Positions 1 to 8,265 of a DNA stretch of 45,835 bases are shown in pieces. The translations under genes and the position numbers were made by a program. The stretch covers positions 252,471 through 298,305 of the forward strand of contig JBAZTR010000001.1 of NCBI GenBank assembly GCA_041661745.1. Direction: 5' to 3'. Origin of the DNA: Patescibacteria group bacterium (GTDB taxonomy: Bacteria; Patescibacteriota; Patescibacteriia; UBA9934; GWF2-40-263). Within the stretch, counting starts at the first letter, position 1, and every line of letters starts with the position of its first letter. A model generated the notes under the pieces. The model did not search any database, was not told the origin of the DNA, and was given only the letters and a program-made list of their open reading frames with translations.

Positions 1-150
1 AACAAATGCGCCTGTGGTTGCGAAACCGACTGTAAGTGTGGGGTCGACAACGAAGAGTGTAAATGTAAGGGTGAATGCAAGTGTAACGAAGGGTGCAAGT
101 GCGGCAACGATTGCAAATGTTGCGGCGAAGAAGGTGGCTGTTCGGTATAA
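1..150 (+). CDS. Cys-rich metallothionein-like small protein, 3' part (5' end lies outside the window)
   Basis: Frame +1 is open from base 1 to TAA at 148-150. It reads NKCACGCETDCKCGVDNEECKCKGECKCNEGCKCGNDCKCCGEEGGCSV: 15 Cys in 49 aa with regular CxC/CKC spacing. A hairpin plus T-run follows directly. It is missing from the ORF track because there is no start codon in the window. The listed 14..235 ORF is another frame that reads through the terminator. Confidence 0.6.
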   Translation, partial: NKCACGCETDCKCGVDNEECKCKGECKCNEGCKCGNDCKCCGEEGGCSV

Positions 151-170
151 GTATAAGATGAAAAATCAAA

Positions 171-199
171 AAGGCCCCGTAATGGGGTCTTTTTATTTT
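171..199 (+). terminator. Rho-independent terminator after the Cys-rich gene
   Basis: Hairpin ggcccc-gtaa-tggggtc followed by tttttatttt. Confidence 0.7.
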
Positions 200-215
200 A
201 TTATAGCGAATTTCC

Positions 216-244
216 TTGACATAAACCTTTTTTAATGGTAATCT
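216..244 (+). promoter_or_regulatory. Sigma70-type promoter of the DEAD-box helicase gene
   Basis: TTGACA (216-221), 17-nt spacer, TAATCT (239-244), preceded by TGg (extended -10). Confidence 0.55.
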
Positions 245-383
245 CTTACCTTAATTCGACCAGCTAAGCTGGTCTGACTCGAGCCTCTTGTCACATGAAA
301 AATCATGCCGCCTGAAGGAATTGGGTCACATGATTTTTTATCCGCCTTCGCCCCATCAGACGGGGCTTCGGACGGACTTCGTT

Positions 384-1637
384 ATGACTAAACACCCTGA
401 CAATTCGACCTCTTTTTATGGCTTGGGCATTGCCCCGGATATTTTGAAACGCCTTGATTTTTTGAATTTCAAAATTCCCACACCAATTCAAGAAAAATCC
501 ATTCTTAGTGGTATCAACGGCGAAGACTTAATCGGTATTGCCCAAACCGGTACTGGCAAAACTTTGGCTTTTGCTATTCCAATGTTACAACAGATCATGG
601 CCAACGGCGGACAGGGGCTGATAATTCTCCCCACCCGCGAATTAGCCATTCAGGTCGAAGAAGCCATGAGTAAACTGGGCAACCCGTTTGGTTTGCGTAC
701 GGCCGTGCTGATTGGCGGCGCCTCCATGGAACGTCAACGTCAGGACATTCGCCGCGGCCCCCATGTTATTATTGCTACCCCAGGTCGCTTGAATGATCAT
801 ATCCAACAAAAAACCATTTCTCTTAAAGAAGTCCGCATTTTGGTTCTTGATGAAGCCGATCGCATGCTCGACATGGGCTTTGAACCGCAAATCAAACGAA
901 TCCTTTCGTCTGTTCCGGAACAACGTCAGACGATGCTATTTTCCGCGACCATGCCGGAAAGAATTTCTCAGATTGCCAACAAGTACATGCGAAAACCACT
1001 GCGGGTTGAAGTTGCTCCTTCGGGCACCACCGCGGAAAAAGTTGAACAAGAAGTTTTTATTGTTCGCAAGGAAGACAAGATAAAATTACTGCAACAGTTG
1101 CTTTTGGAATATAAAGGTACGGTTTTGATTTTTAGTCGCACCAAACACGGTGCCAAAAAAATCAATCGTATTTTGGGCAAACTTGGTCATCGCGCCGCGG
1201 AAATTCATTCTGATCGTTCGCTTAGCCAACGTCGCGAAGCTTTGTCTGGTTTTAAAACCGGCAAGTATCGCGTTTTGGTCGCTACGGACATTGCGGCTCG
1301 TGGTATCGATGTGGTTGGAATTGAACTGGTGGTTAACTTTGATTTACCAGACCAAGCCGAAGATTATATTCACCGCATTGGCCGCACCGGCCGAGCCGGT
1401 CTTAAAGGTAAAGCCGTGTCTTTCGCCGCCCCGGAAGAAAAACACGATATTCATTTAATTGAAAATCTTATTAAAATTCGTCTTCCGGTTAAACCATTAC
1501 CGGAATTGTCAGGTATAGAAGTGCCGGTCATGATGTCTATGTCGGAACGCCCGACAGGCCGAAGGTTCCCCGACGGTGGCCGTCGCCATGAAAACGGCTC
1601 ACAAAAACGCAAACGCCGTCGCCAAAGTCGCTTTTAA
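384..1637 (+). CDS. DEAD-box ATP-dependent RNA helicase
   Basis: Q motif (FKIPTPIQ), AQTGTGKT, PTRELA, DEAD (VLDEADRMLDMGF), SAT, HRIGRTGRAG, and a basic RG/K-rich tail. The track ORF starts at TTG 288, but ATG 384 (MTKHPDNSTSFYGLGI) fits the usual distance to the Q motif. Confidence 0.9.
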   Translation: MTKHPDNSTSFYGLGIAPDILKRLDFLNFKIPTPIQEKSILSGINGEDLIGIAQTGTGKTLAFAIPMLQQIMANGGQGLIILPTRELAIQVEEAMSKLGNPFGLRTAVLIGGASMERQRQDIRRGPHVIIATPGRLNDHIQQKTISLKEVRILVLDEADRMLDMGFEPQIKRILSSVPEQRQTMLFSATMPERISQIANKYMRKPLRVEVAPSGTTAEKVEQEVFIVRKEDKIKLLQQLLLEYKGTVLIFSRTKHGAKKINRILGKLGHRAAEIHSDRSLSQRREALSGFKTGKYRVLVATDIAARGIDVVGIELVVNFDLPDQAEDYIHRIGRTGRAGLKGKAVSFAAPEEKHDIHLIENLIKIRLPVKPLPELSGIEVPVMMSMSERPTGRRFPDGGRRHENGSQKRKRRRQSRF

Positions 1638-1640
1638 ACA

Positions 1641-1669
1641 AAAACCCCATCTTGATTGATGGGGTTTTT
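1641..1669. terminator. Bidirectional hairpin terminator between the helicase gene and tRNA-Gln
   Basis: aaaaccccatc-ttgat-tgatggggtttttg, with A-run and T-run flanks. Confidence 0.7.
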
Positions 1670-1673
1670 GTTC

Positions 1674-1747
1674 TGGTTCCGAGACGTGGATTCGAACCAC
1701 GATTCACGGCTTCAAAGGCCGCTGTCCTGCCATTAGACGATCTCGGA
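1674..1747 (-). tRNA. tRNA-Gln (anticodon UUG), CCA encoded
   Basis: The reverse complement folds as a cloverleaf: acceptor tccgaga/tctcgga, anticodon stem gcggc/gccgt with loop cTTTGaa, T arm cgtgg-ttcgaat-ccacg, then ACCA. Confidence 0.85.
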
Positions 1748-1843
1748 GTATTCTTTTACCAAGATCGTAAGATGGCAGGATAATCTGCCACCCTCCTTCG
1801 CTATTTGCCTCAGACTAGGGGCTTTATAGCTTCGGAGGGCACG

Positions 1844-1858
1844 TTAGACGATCTCGGA
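1844..1858 (-). repeat. Exact 15-nt copy of the 5' end of tRNA-Gln, 111 nt upstream of the intact gene
   Basis: ttagacgatctcgga at 1844-1858 equals 1733-1747. The spacer contains two GC-rich hairpins (ccctccgaagctat...atagcgaaggaggg and tggcag-attatc-ctgcca). Confidence 0.8.
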
Positions 1859-1965
1859 ATAATACGCGGATAGAATAGCCGATTTTCTTTATCTTGGCAA
1901 CTATCAAAATTGGGCTTTGGCCTTTTTTTATGTTAAGATGATAAAAATGATTAAACAATACTAAT

Positions 1966-2775
1966 ATGAAACAACTTATTTTTATCATTGCCGGCTTAAT
2001 GATTTTTGCCATGGCCGGTTATGCCCAAGCCGACAATCAGGATAGTACTAATGATTCATCCCCCAATCAAGGACAAGATGTAGCGGCTGACGAAGCAGCG
2101 GATACGGAAGAAGAAGAAGAAGAAGAAGAAGAAGACTCGGAAGAAAACGATTCAGATAGTTCAAATGAAGAAGGTGAATCCGAAACAAACGACGAACAAG
2201 AAGAAAACCAAAACCAGATTAAAAATCAGGGCGAAGAACAAAATTTAACTAATCAAGAAACAGAACAAGAGGGCGAGGAAAACAGCGAAAAGATAACAAC
2301 AGACGATGAAGGTGAAGAAATCGAAGAAGAAAAAGAAACAGCCGAAACAAACTCCCGAGCAGTGGAACGCCGCAGTATCGTTGCCAATGCAGTTCAAGAA
2401 GTGCTTCAGGTAACGGAACAAACCGATGGTATTGGCGAACAAATAAGGGTTATGGCTCAAGCCCAGAATCAAAATCACGAACAAGCCGAAGACGGTTTAG
2501 AAAAAATTCAACAACGCAGTGGTATTATCCAATTTTTCCTCGGTCCTAATTATGGCGAGGTCAAAAGAACCGGCGAACTGCTTGAAGAAAATCAAAATCG
2601 TTTGGAAGAAATGTCACAGCTAATGAGTCAGGTGACAAATCAAAGCGACAAACAAAACCTTATTGAACAAATTGGCCTACTTGAGACAACAAATGAAGAA
2701 TTGTCCGAGGCTGTGGAAGAATCAAGCAAGGGTTTCAGTTTATTTGGTTGGTTGATAAAAATATTTGTTGAATAA
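1966..2775 (+). CDS. Secreted acidic (E/D/N-rich) coiled-coil protein, function unknown
   Basis: N-terminal signal peptide MKQLIFIIAGLMIFAMAGYAQA, a poly-E low-complexity region, then a helical C-terminal half. Confidence 0.7.
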   Translation: MKQLIFIIAGLMIFAMAGYAQADNQDSTNDSSPNQGQDVAADEAADTEEEEEEEEEDSEENDSDSSNEEGESETNDEQEENQNQIKNQGEEQNLTNQETEQEGEENSEKITTDDEGEEIEEEKETAETNSRAVERRSIVANAVQEVLQVTEQTDGIGEQIRVMAQAQNQNHEQAEDGLEKIQQRSGIIQFFLGPNYGEVKRTGELLEENQNRLEEMSQLMSQVTNQSDKQNLIEQIGLLETTNEELSEAVEESSKGFSLFGWLIKIFVE

Positions 2776-2790
2776 AAAAACATCATAAAA

Positions 2791-2821
2791 ACTTCGTCGA
2801 ACGGCGAGGTTTTTATTTTTT
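2791..2821 (+). terminator. Rho-independent terminator
   Basis: acttcgtc-gaac-ggcgaggt followed by ttttattttttt. Confidence 0.6.
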
Positions 2822-2839
2822 TGCTATAATAAAAGGGCT

Positions 2840-4240
2840 ATGTCAAAAGAAACCAAATCATTCCCTCCCCCGCCAGCTCTTAAAAAGCTAATCGGCCCCA
2901 GCTTTGTAATTCTTGCCTTGGGCCTTGGTTCGGGCGAAGTTATTCTCTGGCCCTTCCTTGCCTCAAATTATGGGCTTGGCATCGCTTGGGGGGCGTTGCT
3001 CGGTATTACCTTCCAATATTTCATAAACATGGAAATTGAACGCTATGCCCTGGTTAAAGGTGAAAGCGTTTTTGTTGGCATTGCTAAATTTTGGAAACTG
3101 GCGCCGCTGTGGTTTATTTTTTCGACTTTTATCGGCTTTGGCTTGCCGGGCATTATTGCCGCTTCGGCCAAAGTTTTTTCTTCGGTTTTGGGAATCGAAA
3201 ATTTTGTTTGGGTGGCTATTGGCTTTTTACTTTTAATTGGTTTAATTTTAAGTGCCGGCAAAACCGTTTATGGTTTAATGGAAAAACTGACCAAAACAAT
3301 TATTTTACTTGGCGTCCCATTTGTTTTTATTTTAGCAATCATACTAAGTCACCCAGTTGATTGGCTGGCCTTGGCTCAAGGCTTGGTTGGACAAGGTGAT
3401 GGTTTTACTTTTCTTCCGGCTGGCATTGCTCTGGCCACCTTCCTCGGAGCGTTTGCTTATTCCGGGGCCGGCGGCAATCTTAACCTGACTCAATCGATTT
3501 ATGTAAAAGAAAAAGGTTATGGCATGGGTAAATATGCTCAAAAAATCGCCGGACTTTTTAAACGCGACGGCGTTGTACAAGAAATAAAACTGGAAGGCGA
3601 AAAATTCGAATTGACTGAAGAAGCCAAAAAAAACTTTTTCGGTTGGTGGAAAAAAATATCATTAGAACACGCTTTAGTCTTTTGGTTTATCGGCGGCTTA
3701 TCCATTTCCCTACTCATGCTTTTGTCGTATGCCACGACCTTCGGCTTAAGTGACAACGCCTCGGGAATAAACTTTGTTATAAACGAAGGCGCGGCCATTG
3801 GGCGTCTGCTGTTCCCGGGCGTTGGCGCCGCCTTTTTGCTGGTTGTCTCTCTCATGTTGTTTCAGACACAACTTGGCGTAATGGATTCAACTTCACGCAT
3901 TATGGCGGAGAACGCGGCCATTGCTCAAATGAAACGAAGTGGGAAAAAGACTATTCATCTTTCCAAAATATATTTTATTTTTGTTTGGTCGCAAATCGCC
4001 TTCGGCATTATTCTTTTTCTCCTTGGCGCGACCGAACCAAAAACCTTAATCGTTCTTGGGGCTTGTTTAAATGCCGTGGCTATGTTTGTTCACATCGGCC
4101 TGGTGTCATGGCTAAACCGCCGCGAGTTGCCGAAAATTTTTCAGCCGGCTTTGTGGCGAAAAATTTTGCTGGGAATAATCTTTATTTTCTTTGGGGTGTT
4201 TAGCGTGGTGGTGCTTTTAGACCAATTTAAATTAATTTAA
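2840..4240 (+). CDS. Polytopic membrane transporter, distant Nramp-related
   Basis: About 11-12 hydrophobic segments. The N-terminal region IGPSFVILALGLGSGEVILWPFLASNYGLGIAWG parallels the Nramp GPG..DPGN..G..yG..LLW region, but GSGE replaces DPGN. Confidence 0.5.
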   Translation: MSKETKSFPPPPALKKLIGPSFVILALGLGSGEVILWPFLASNYGLGIAWGALLGITFQYFINMEIERYALVKGESVFVGIAKFWKLAPLWFIFSTFIGFGLPGIIAASAKVFSSVLGIENFVWVAIGFLLLIGLILSAGKTVYGLMEKLTKTIILLGVPFVFILAIILSHPVDWLALAQGLVGQGDGFTFLPAGIALATFLGAFAYSGAGGNLNLTQSIYVKEKGYGMGKYAQKIAGLFKRDGVVQEIKLEGEKFELTEEAKKNFFGWWKKISLEHALVFWFIGGLSISLLMLLSYATTFGLSDNASGINFVINEGAAIGRLLFPGVGAAFLLVVSLMLFQTQLGVMDSTSRIMAENAAIAQMKRSGKKTIHLSKIYFIFVWSQIAFGIILFLLGATEPKTLIVLGACLNAVAMFVHIGLVSWLNRRELPKIFQPALWRKILLGIIFIFFGVFSVVVLLDQFKLI

Positions 4241-4249
4241 AAGAAAACA

Positions 4250-4282
4250 AAAACTCTCCGGCTTACCCCCGAAGAGTTTTTT
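4250..4282. terminator. Bidirectional terminator between convergent genes
   Basis: aaaactctccgg-cttaccc-ccgaagagtttttt. Confidence 0.55.
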
Positions 4283-4284
4283 AA

Positions 4285-4650
4285 TTATTTATGTAAAATC
4301 TTCTTTGCCTCGGTCGCTATTTCTTTTAAAGTATGGTGAGCTTTAATAAAATATCCGCTGATCCCTAATTTTTGACAAATCTCGCGCGCTTCTTTGTCGG
4401 CCTTAACCGTGGCCACCAAAACCGGAATATTTTTAGTTTCAGCATCGCTTCTTATTTCTTCTAAAATAACTTCGCCCGGTTTTCCCGGCAAAAATAAATC
4501 CAATAAAATAAGATCGGGTTTATATTCTTTGACTCTTTGAAAAGCCTTGCTGCCATCAGCCTCTATTTCAATTTCATCTCCGTTAATCAGGGCTTCATGA
4601 AGTGCGTTAGAAAGGGTGCTTTCATCTTCGATGATTAAAATTTTTGACAT
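4285..4650 (-). CDS. Single-domain response regulator (CheY-like receiver)
   Basis: ILIIEDE..., DLILLDLFLPG (phospho-acceptor Asp context), VLVATVKAD. No output domain. Confidence 0.85.
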   Translation of the reverse strand: MSKILIIEDESTLSNALHEALINGDEIEIEADGSKAFQRVKEYKPDLILLDLFLPGKPGEVILEEIRSDAETKNIPVLVATVKADKEAREICQKLGISGYFIKAHHTLKEIATEAKKILHK

Positions 4651-4678
4651 AGATTAATTTTTAATTAATTGTTTGTTT

Positions 4679-5275
4679 TTACTTCTTGATATTTTTTATT
4701 ATTTTTTTCAAATTTTCAATTTCTTCTTTAAATTCAAACATTTTTATTTCCCTTTCCATCATGGCTTTATTCAACTTTTCCAGTTCCTCCACCCGTTCTT
4801 CGAGTTCAGCCGTTCTTTTGGCGACTTCGGCCGTTAATTCTTTGGTATATTCTCTCATTTTATCTTCAAGCTCAATTTGTTTGGTTATATCCTCCATGGC
4901 CAAAAGCATGATGGGTTTTTTTTCATTGGCTGTAAAAATCTGACGAGCGTTTAACATCATGACCCGGCGCCCGATTTTTGGAAAAATATATTCAACTTTA
5001 AAATCTTCGAAATGAGTATTTTTTGGCAAAATATCTTCCAATAAAATCTTTAACTTGGGAATATTCCACTGGCCGTTTCCCAATTTATAAACTCTTTTAC
5101 CCTCGGTATCTTTTTTTTCAACCTGAAAAAACAAATAAAAAGTTCTATTAGCCGACATTACTGTCAATTTTTCATCAAGGATTAAAAAAGGTTCCCGAAC
5201 AGTATCAACGACTGTCCTAATATACGTCCAGGCGACTTTCCATAATTGATCAGCAATAACTTCTTTCTTCGTCAT
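4679..5275 (-). CDS. PAS domain plus coiled-coil protein
   Basis: PAS-like core (VREPFLILDEKLTVMSANRTFYLFF...WNIP...RRVMMLNARQI) followed by an E/K-rich heptad C-terminus. Confidence 0.65.
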   Translation of the reverse strand: MTKKEVIADQLWKVAWTYIRTVVDTVREPFLILDEKLTVMSANRTFYLFFQVEKKDTEGKRVYKLGNGQWNIPKLKILLEDILPKNTHFEDFKVEYIFPKIGRRVMMLNARQIFTANEKKPIMLLAMEDITKQIELEDKMREYTKELTAEVAKRTAELEERVEELEKLNKAMMEREIKMFEFKEEIENLKKIIKNIKK

Positions 5276-5290
5276 ATTTTTAAAAATTAA

Positions 5291-8254
5291 TTATTTTATC
5301 GGTAATAAAACATAAAAAGTTGTTCCTTTACCCTCGATCGATTTAAACCAAATTTTTCCCTTATGCCGTTCCACAATATTCTTAGCAATATAAAGCCCCA
5401 GGCCGGTTCCGGTTTCCGTACCCATAATATTATCGGCTCGGAAAAATCTTTGGAAAACCTTATTTTGTTGATGTTTGGGAATACCGACACCGTGATCGGA
5501 ACAAGAAAAAACCACTTCTTTTTCCTTAAGTTCACAGTCAACTTTTATTATACTCTTTTCTGGCGAATACTTTATGGCATTACTAACAATATTTTGAAAA
5601 ACTTGAGAAATTTTTTCACGGTCAATCGAGACAATCAAATGCGGCGGACAACCTTCTTCTTCGATTATTTTAATTTTCTTGCTTTCCGCCATTCCCTCTA
5701 GGTTAACTATACCCTCCCTTATTATCTTCATCAGATCTTCTTTTTTGTTTACTATTCTAAACTTTTCGGAGCTATCAATGTGCGCGACACTTAACAGGTC
5801 ATCAACTAATTTAACCATTCGTTCGTTACTTAAATGAACTTGCTGCAAAAAATCGGTTTGTTTTTCCGTAAGAGCTCCGGCTTTTTTGTTTAACAAGAGC
5901 TCGGTAAACCATTTAATTCCGGTCAATGGCGTGCGCAATTGATGCGAGGCCGTGGAAATAAAATCGGTTTTCAGTTTATCCAATTCTTTAGCCTTCGAGA
6001 TATCACGAATCACCGCCATGGAAGCCGGTTTATTTTCAAACATTATCATTGAAGCGTTGGCCTCAACCGGAATTCTTTTACCAGATTTAGATAAAAGATC
6101 GAATTGATATATTGATTCAAGGTGTTCACCGCGCTGACGTCGACGATTTCTGTCTAAAACAAACTTCCGATATTCAGGAGCAATAAATGATAAAATTGAA
6201 CGATTGCGGGCTTCCTCCACTGAAGTTTCGGCCATCTCTGCCAAAACATGGTTTGCAAACCTAACTTTACCATCACTAATTATTACCACCCCATCGTTGC
6301 TGCCTTCGACCAAGTTTAAATATTTTTCCTCGCTCTCTTTTAATTTTTCTTGGATTTTTTTGTATTCAGTAATATCGGTTTCCACCCCGTTCCAACGAGT
6401 CGTCCCGTCTAAAAGCTTGGTCGGCGTGGAAATAAAATAAGACCACCTGACCTTTTTGTTTGGGCCAATAACCCTGACTTCGGTTTTAAAGTTGGAATAT
6501 TTTTTTTGGGCTTGCTCTTCTTCTCTAAAAACTCGATCTCGGTCATCTTTATGAACTCGGTCATAAATCAACGCAGAATTTTTTATACCCTGAGCCGGAG
6601 AAATGCCGTAAAAACTTCTGACCGTGTCGCTCAAATAAGTAAAGGCTCTTTTACCGTTTTTTTGTCTAATAATCTGATAAACCATGCTCAAAGGCAAACT
6701 GTTGTTAATGGTCCGGAGAAGCTCTTCGTTCCTCTCTATCTTTTCTTCGGCTTTCTTTCTTTCGGTTATGTCTTCCATCGAACCATACATTACCACAGTC
6801 TTTCCATTTACTCCTTTCACAAAAATCCCGCGGTCTTCTATTTCAATATAGTTTCCGTTTTTTTGGCGAAAACGATAATTGGTTTCAAACTTCCCTATTT
6901 TTTTTAAAGCCTTGGCCAACGTCTCGTTGACTCTTTTACGATCGTCGGGATGGATCATGGCTGACCAATCTTTAATACTATTTTTAGCAAATTCTTTTTC
7001 GGTATACCCGGTATTTTTTTTAATTGCCCCGGCCCAAAAAATTTTGCCAGATTTCACGTCGTATTCATAAATTAATTGTCCGGTTTTTTCGGCGGTAATA
7101 CGATAGCGTTTTTCATTTTTACTCAAGATTTGTTCATTTACCCGTCTTTCAGTCACATCGCGTAAAATACAGATAATGGAAACAACCTTTTTATCTTCAA
7201 TTTTTGGCACGGCGTTACCCTCAAAAAAAATCTTTTTACCGTCGCGTTTTCGGTAAGTAATCTCCATGCGACTCAAACTTTTTCCTCTCAAAATATTGGC
7301 AAACTTTTCTTGGCAGTGTTTCAAAGTATCCGGATCAATAAGATCTTTAAAAACATTTAACTTTAAGGAAGCTTGTCGGCTATAACCCATTTTTGTTAAC
7401 CAAGCATGATTAACAAACAACACCTGACCATTCGGCGATAAAATCTGAATGGCGTCACTGGTTTTTTCAACGATCGAGGAATATTTTTCGTTTGATTCGT
7501 TTCTTTTTTTTAAGGCATCATTGTAATCGGTAACATCTTCACCGGAACTTAAAGAAGCGTAAATTTTTCCTGTCGCATCTTTCAAAACCGTATTGCGCCA
7601 GGCAATCATTCGTTCTTGACCCTTGGCGTTAAGAATCGGATTTTTAAAAGAATCTACAGACTTAACCTGGCCATTTATAACTTTTTTAAAGACAACCTTG
7701 GTTTGTTTACGAAACCTGATCGGAATAAAATTATCGAACCAATTTTTACCGATTATCTTTTCTCTTTTATACCCCAATATTTCACAACCTTTTCTATTTA
7801 TCATTGTCACCTTACCGCTATTGTCTATTGCCACCATCATTACCCCGGAGACTTGCAGATATTCAAAAAGTTGATTTCTTTCTTTTGTTAACTCGTTTTC
7901 AATTTTTTTGTGATGAGAAATATCTCTAGCTAAGGCTAGAATCAATTTCTTTCTGCTTAAACTAACCAATTTAAAATCAACTTCGACCGGAACCAAAGTG
8001 CCATCCCGGCGCTTACTAAAAGCCTCGATCGAAATCTCTTTTTTTCTTAAAAGTTCCTTAGATAATTTGGAATGTTTAGCTATCGCTTTGGCCAGCACCA
8101 AATCTTTAATCGTCAATTGTAACAACTCGGCTTTTTTATATCCCAACAGCTTGGTGGCCGCGGTGTTGCAATCTAAAATTTTTCCATTCAGGTCCTCGAT
8201 AAAAATAGCTTCAGGGCTTTGACCAAAAAGTTGAGCAAATAATTGATTATCCAT
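5291..8254 (-). CDS. Cytoplasmic multi-PAS sensor histidine kinase
   Basis: Repeated PAS/PAC modules. H-box FISTASHQLRTPLT. HATPase_c motifs NAIKYSP, DHGVGIP, GTGLGLYIAKNIVERHKGKIW. No obvious TM segment. Confidence 0.9.
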   Translation of the reverse strand: MDNQLFAQLFGQSPEAIFIEDLNGKILDCNTAATKLLGYKKAELLQLTIKDLVLAKAIAKHSKLSKELLRKKEISIEAFSKRRDGTLVPVEVDFKLVSLSRKKLILALARDISHHKKIENELTKERNQLFEYLQVSGVMMVAIDNSGKVTMINRKGCEILGYKREKIIGKNWFDNFIPIRFRKQTKVVFKKVINGQVKSVDSFKNPILNAKGQERMIAWRNTVLKDATGKIYASLSSGEDVTDYNDALKKRNESNEKYSSIVEKTSDAIQILSPNGQVLFVNHAWLTKMGYSRQASLKLNVFKDLIDPDTLKHCQEKFANILRGKSLSRMEITYRKRDGKKIFFEGNAVPKIEDKKVVSIICILRDVTERRVNEQILSKNEKRYRITAEKTGQLIYEYDVKSGKIFWAGAIKKNTGYTEKEFAKNSIKDWSAMIHPDDRKRVNETLAKALKKIGKFETNYRFRQKNGNYIEIEDRGIFVKGVNGKTVVMYGSMEDITERKKAEEKIERNEELLRTINNSLPLSMVYQIIRQKNGKRAFTYLSDTVRSFYGISPAQGIKNSALIYDRVHKDDRDRVFREEEQAQKKYSNFKTEVRVIGPNKKVRWSYFISTPTKLLDGTTRWNGVETDITEYKKIQEKLKESEEKYLNLVEGSNDGVVIISDGKVRFANHVLAEMAETSVEEARNRSILSFIAPEYRKFVLDRNRRRQRGEHLESIYQFDLLSKSGKRIPVEANASMIMFENKPASMAVIRDISKAKELDKLKTDFISTASHQLRTPLTGIKWFTELLLNKKAGALTEKQTDFLQQVHLSNERMVKLVDDLLSVAHIDSSEKFRIVNKKEDLMKIIREGIVNLEGMAESKKIKIIEEEGCPPHLIVSIDREKISQVFQNIVSNAIKYSPEKSIIKVDCELKEKEVVFSCSDHGVGIPKHQQNKVFQRFFRADNIMGTETGTGLGLYIAKNIVERHKGKIWFKSIEGKGTTFYVLLPIK

Positions 8255-8265
8255 AAATCATGAAA

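Noticed and set aside
14-235. 73-aa ORF from the track (GTG start) at the window start.
   Set aside because: It is a different frame from the strikingly periodic Cys-rich reading. It runs straight through a hairpin/T-run terminator and the following promoter, and it has K/V/A-rich low-information composition.
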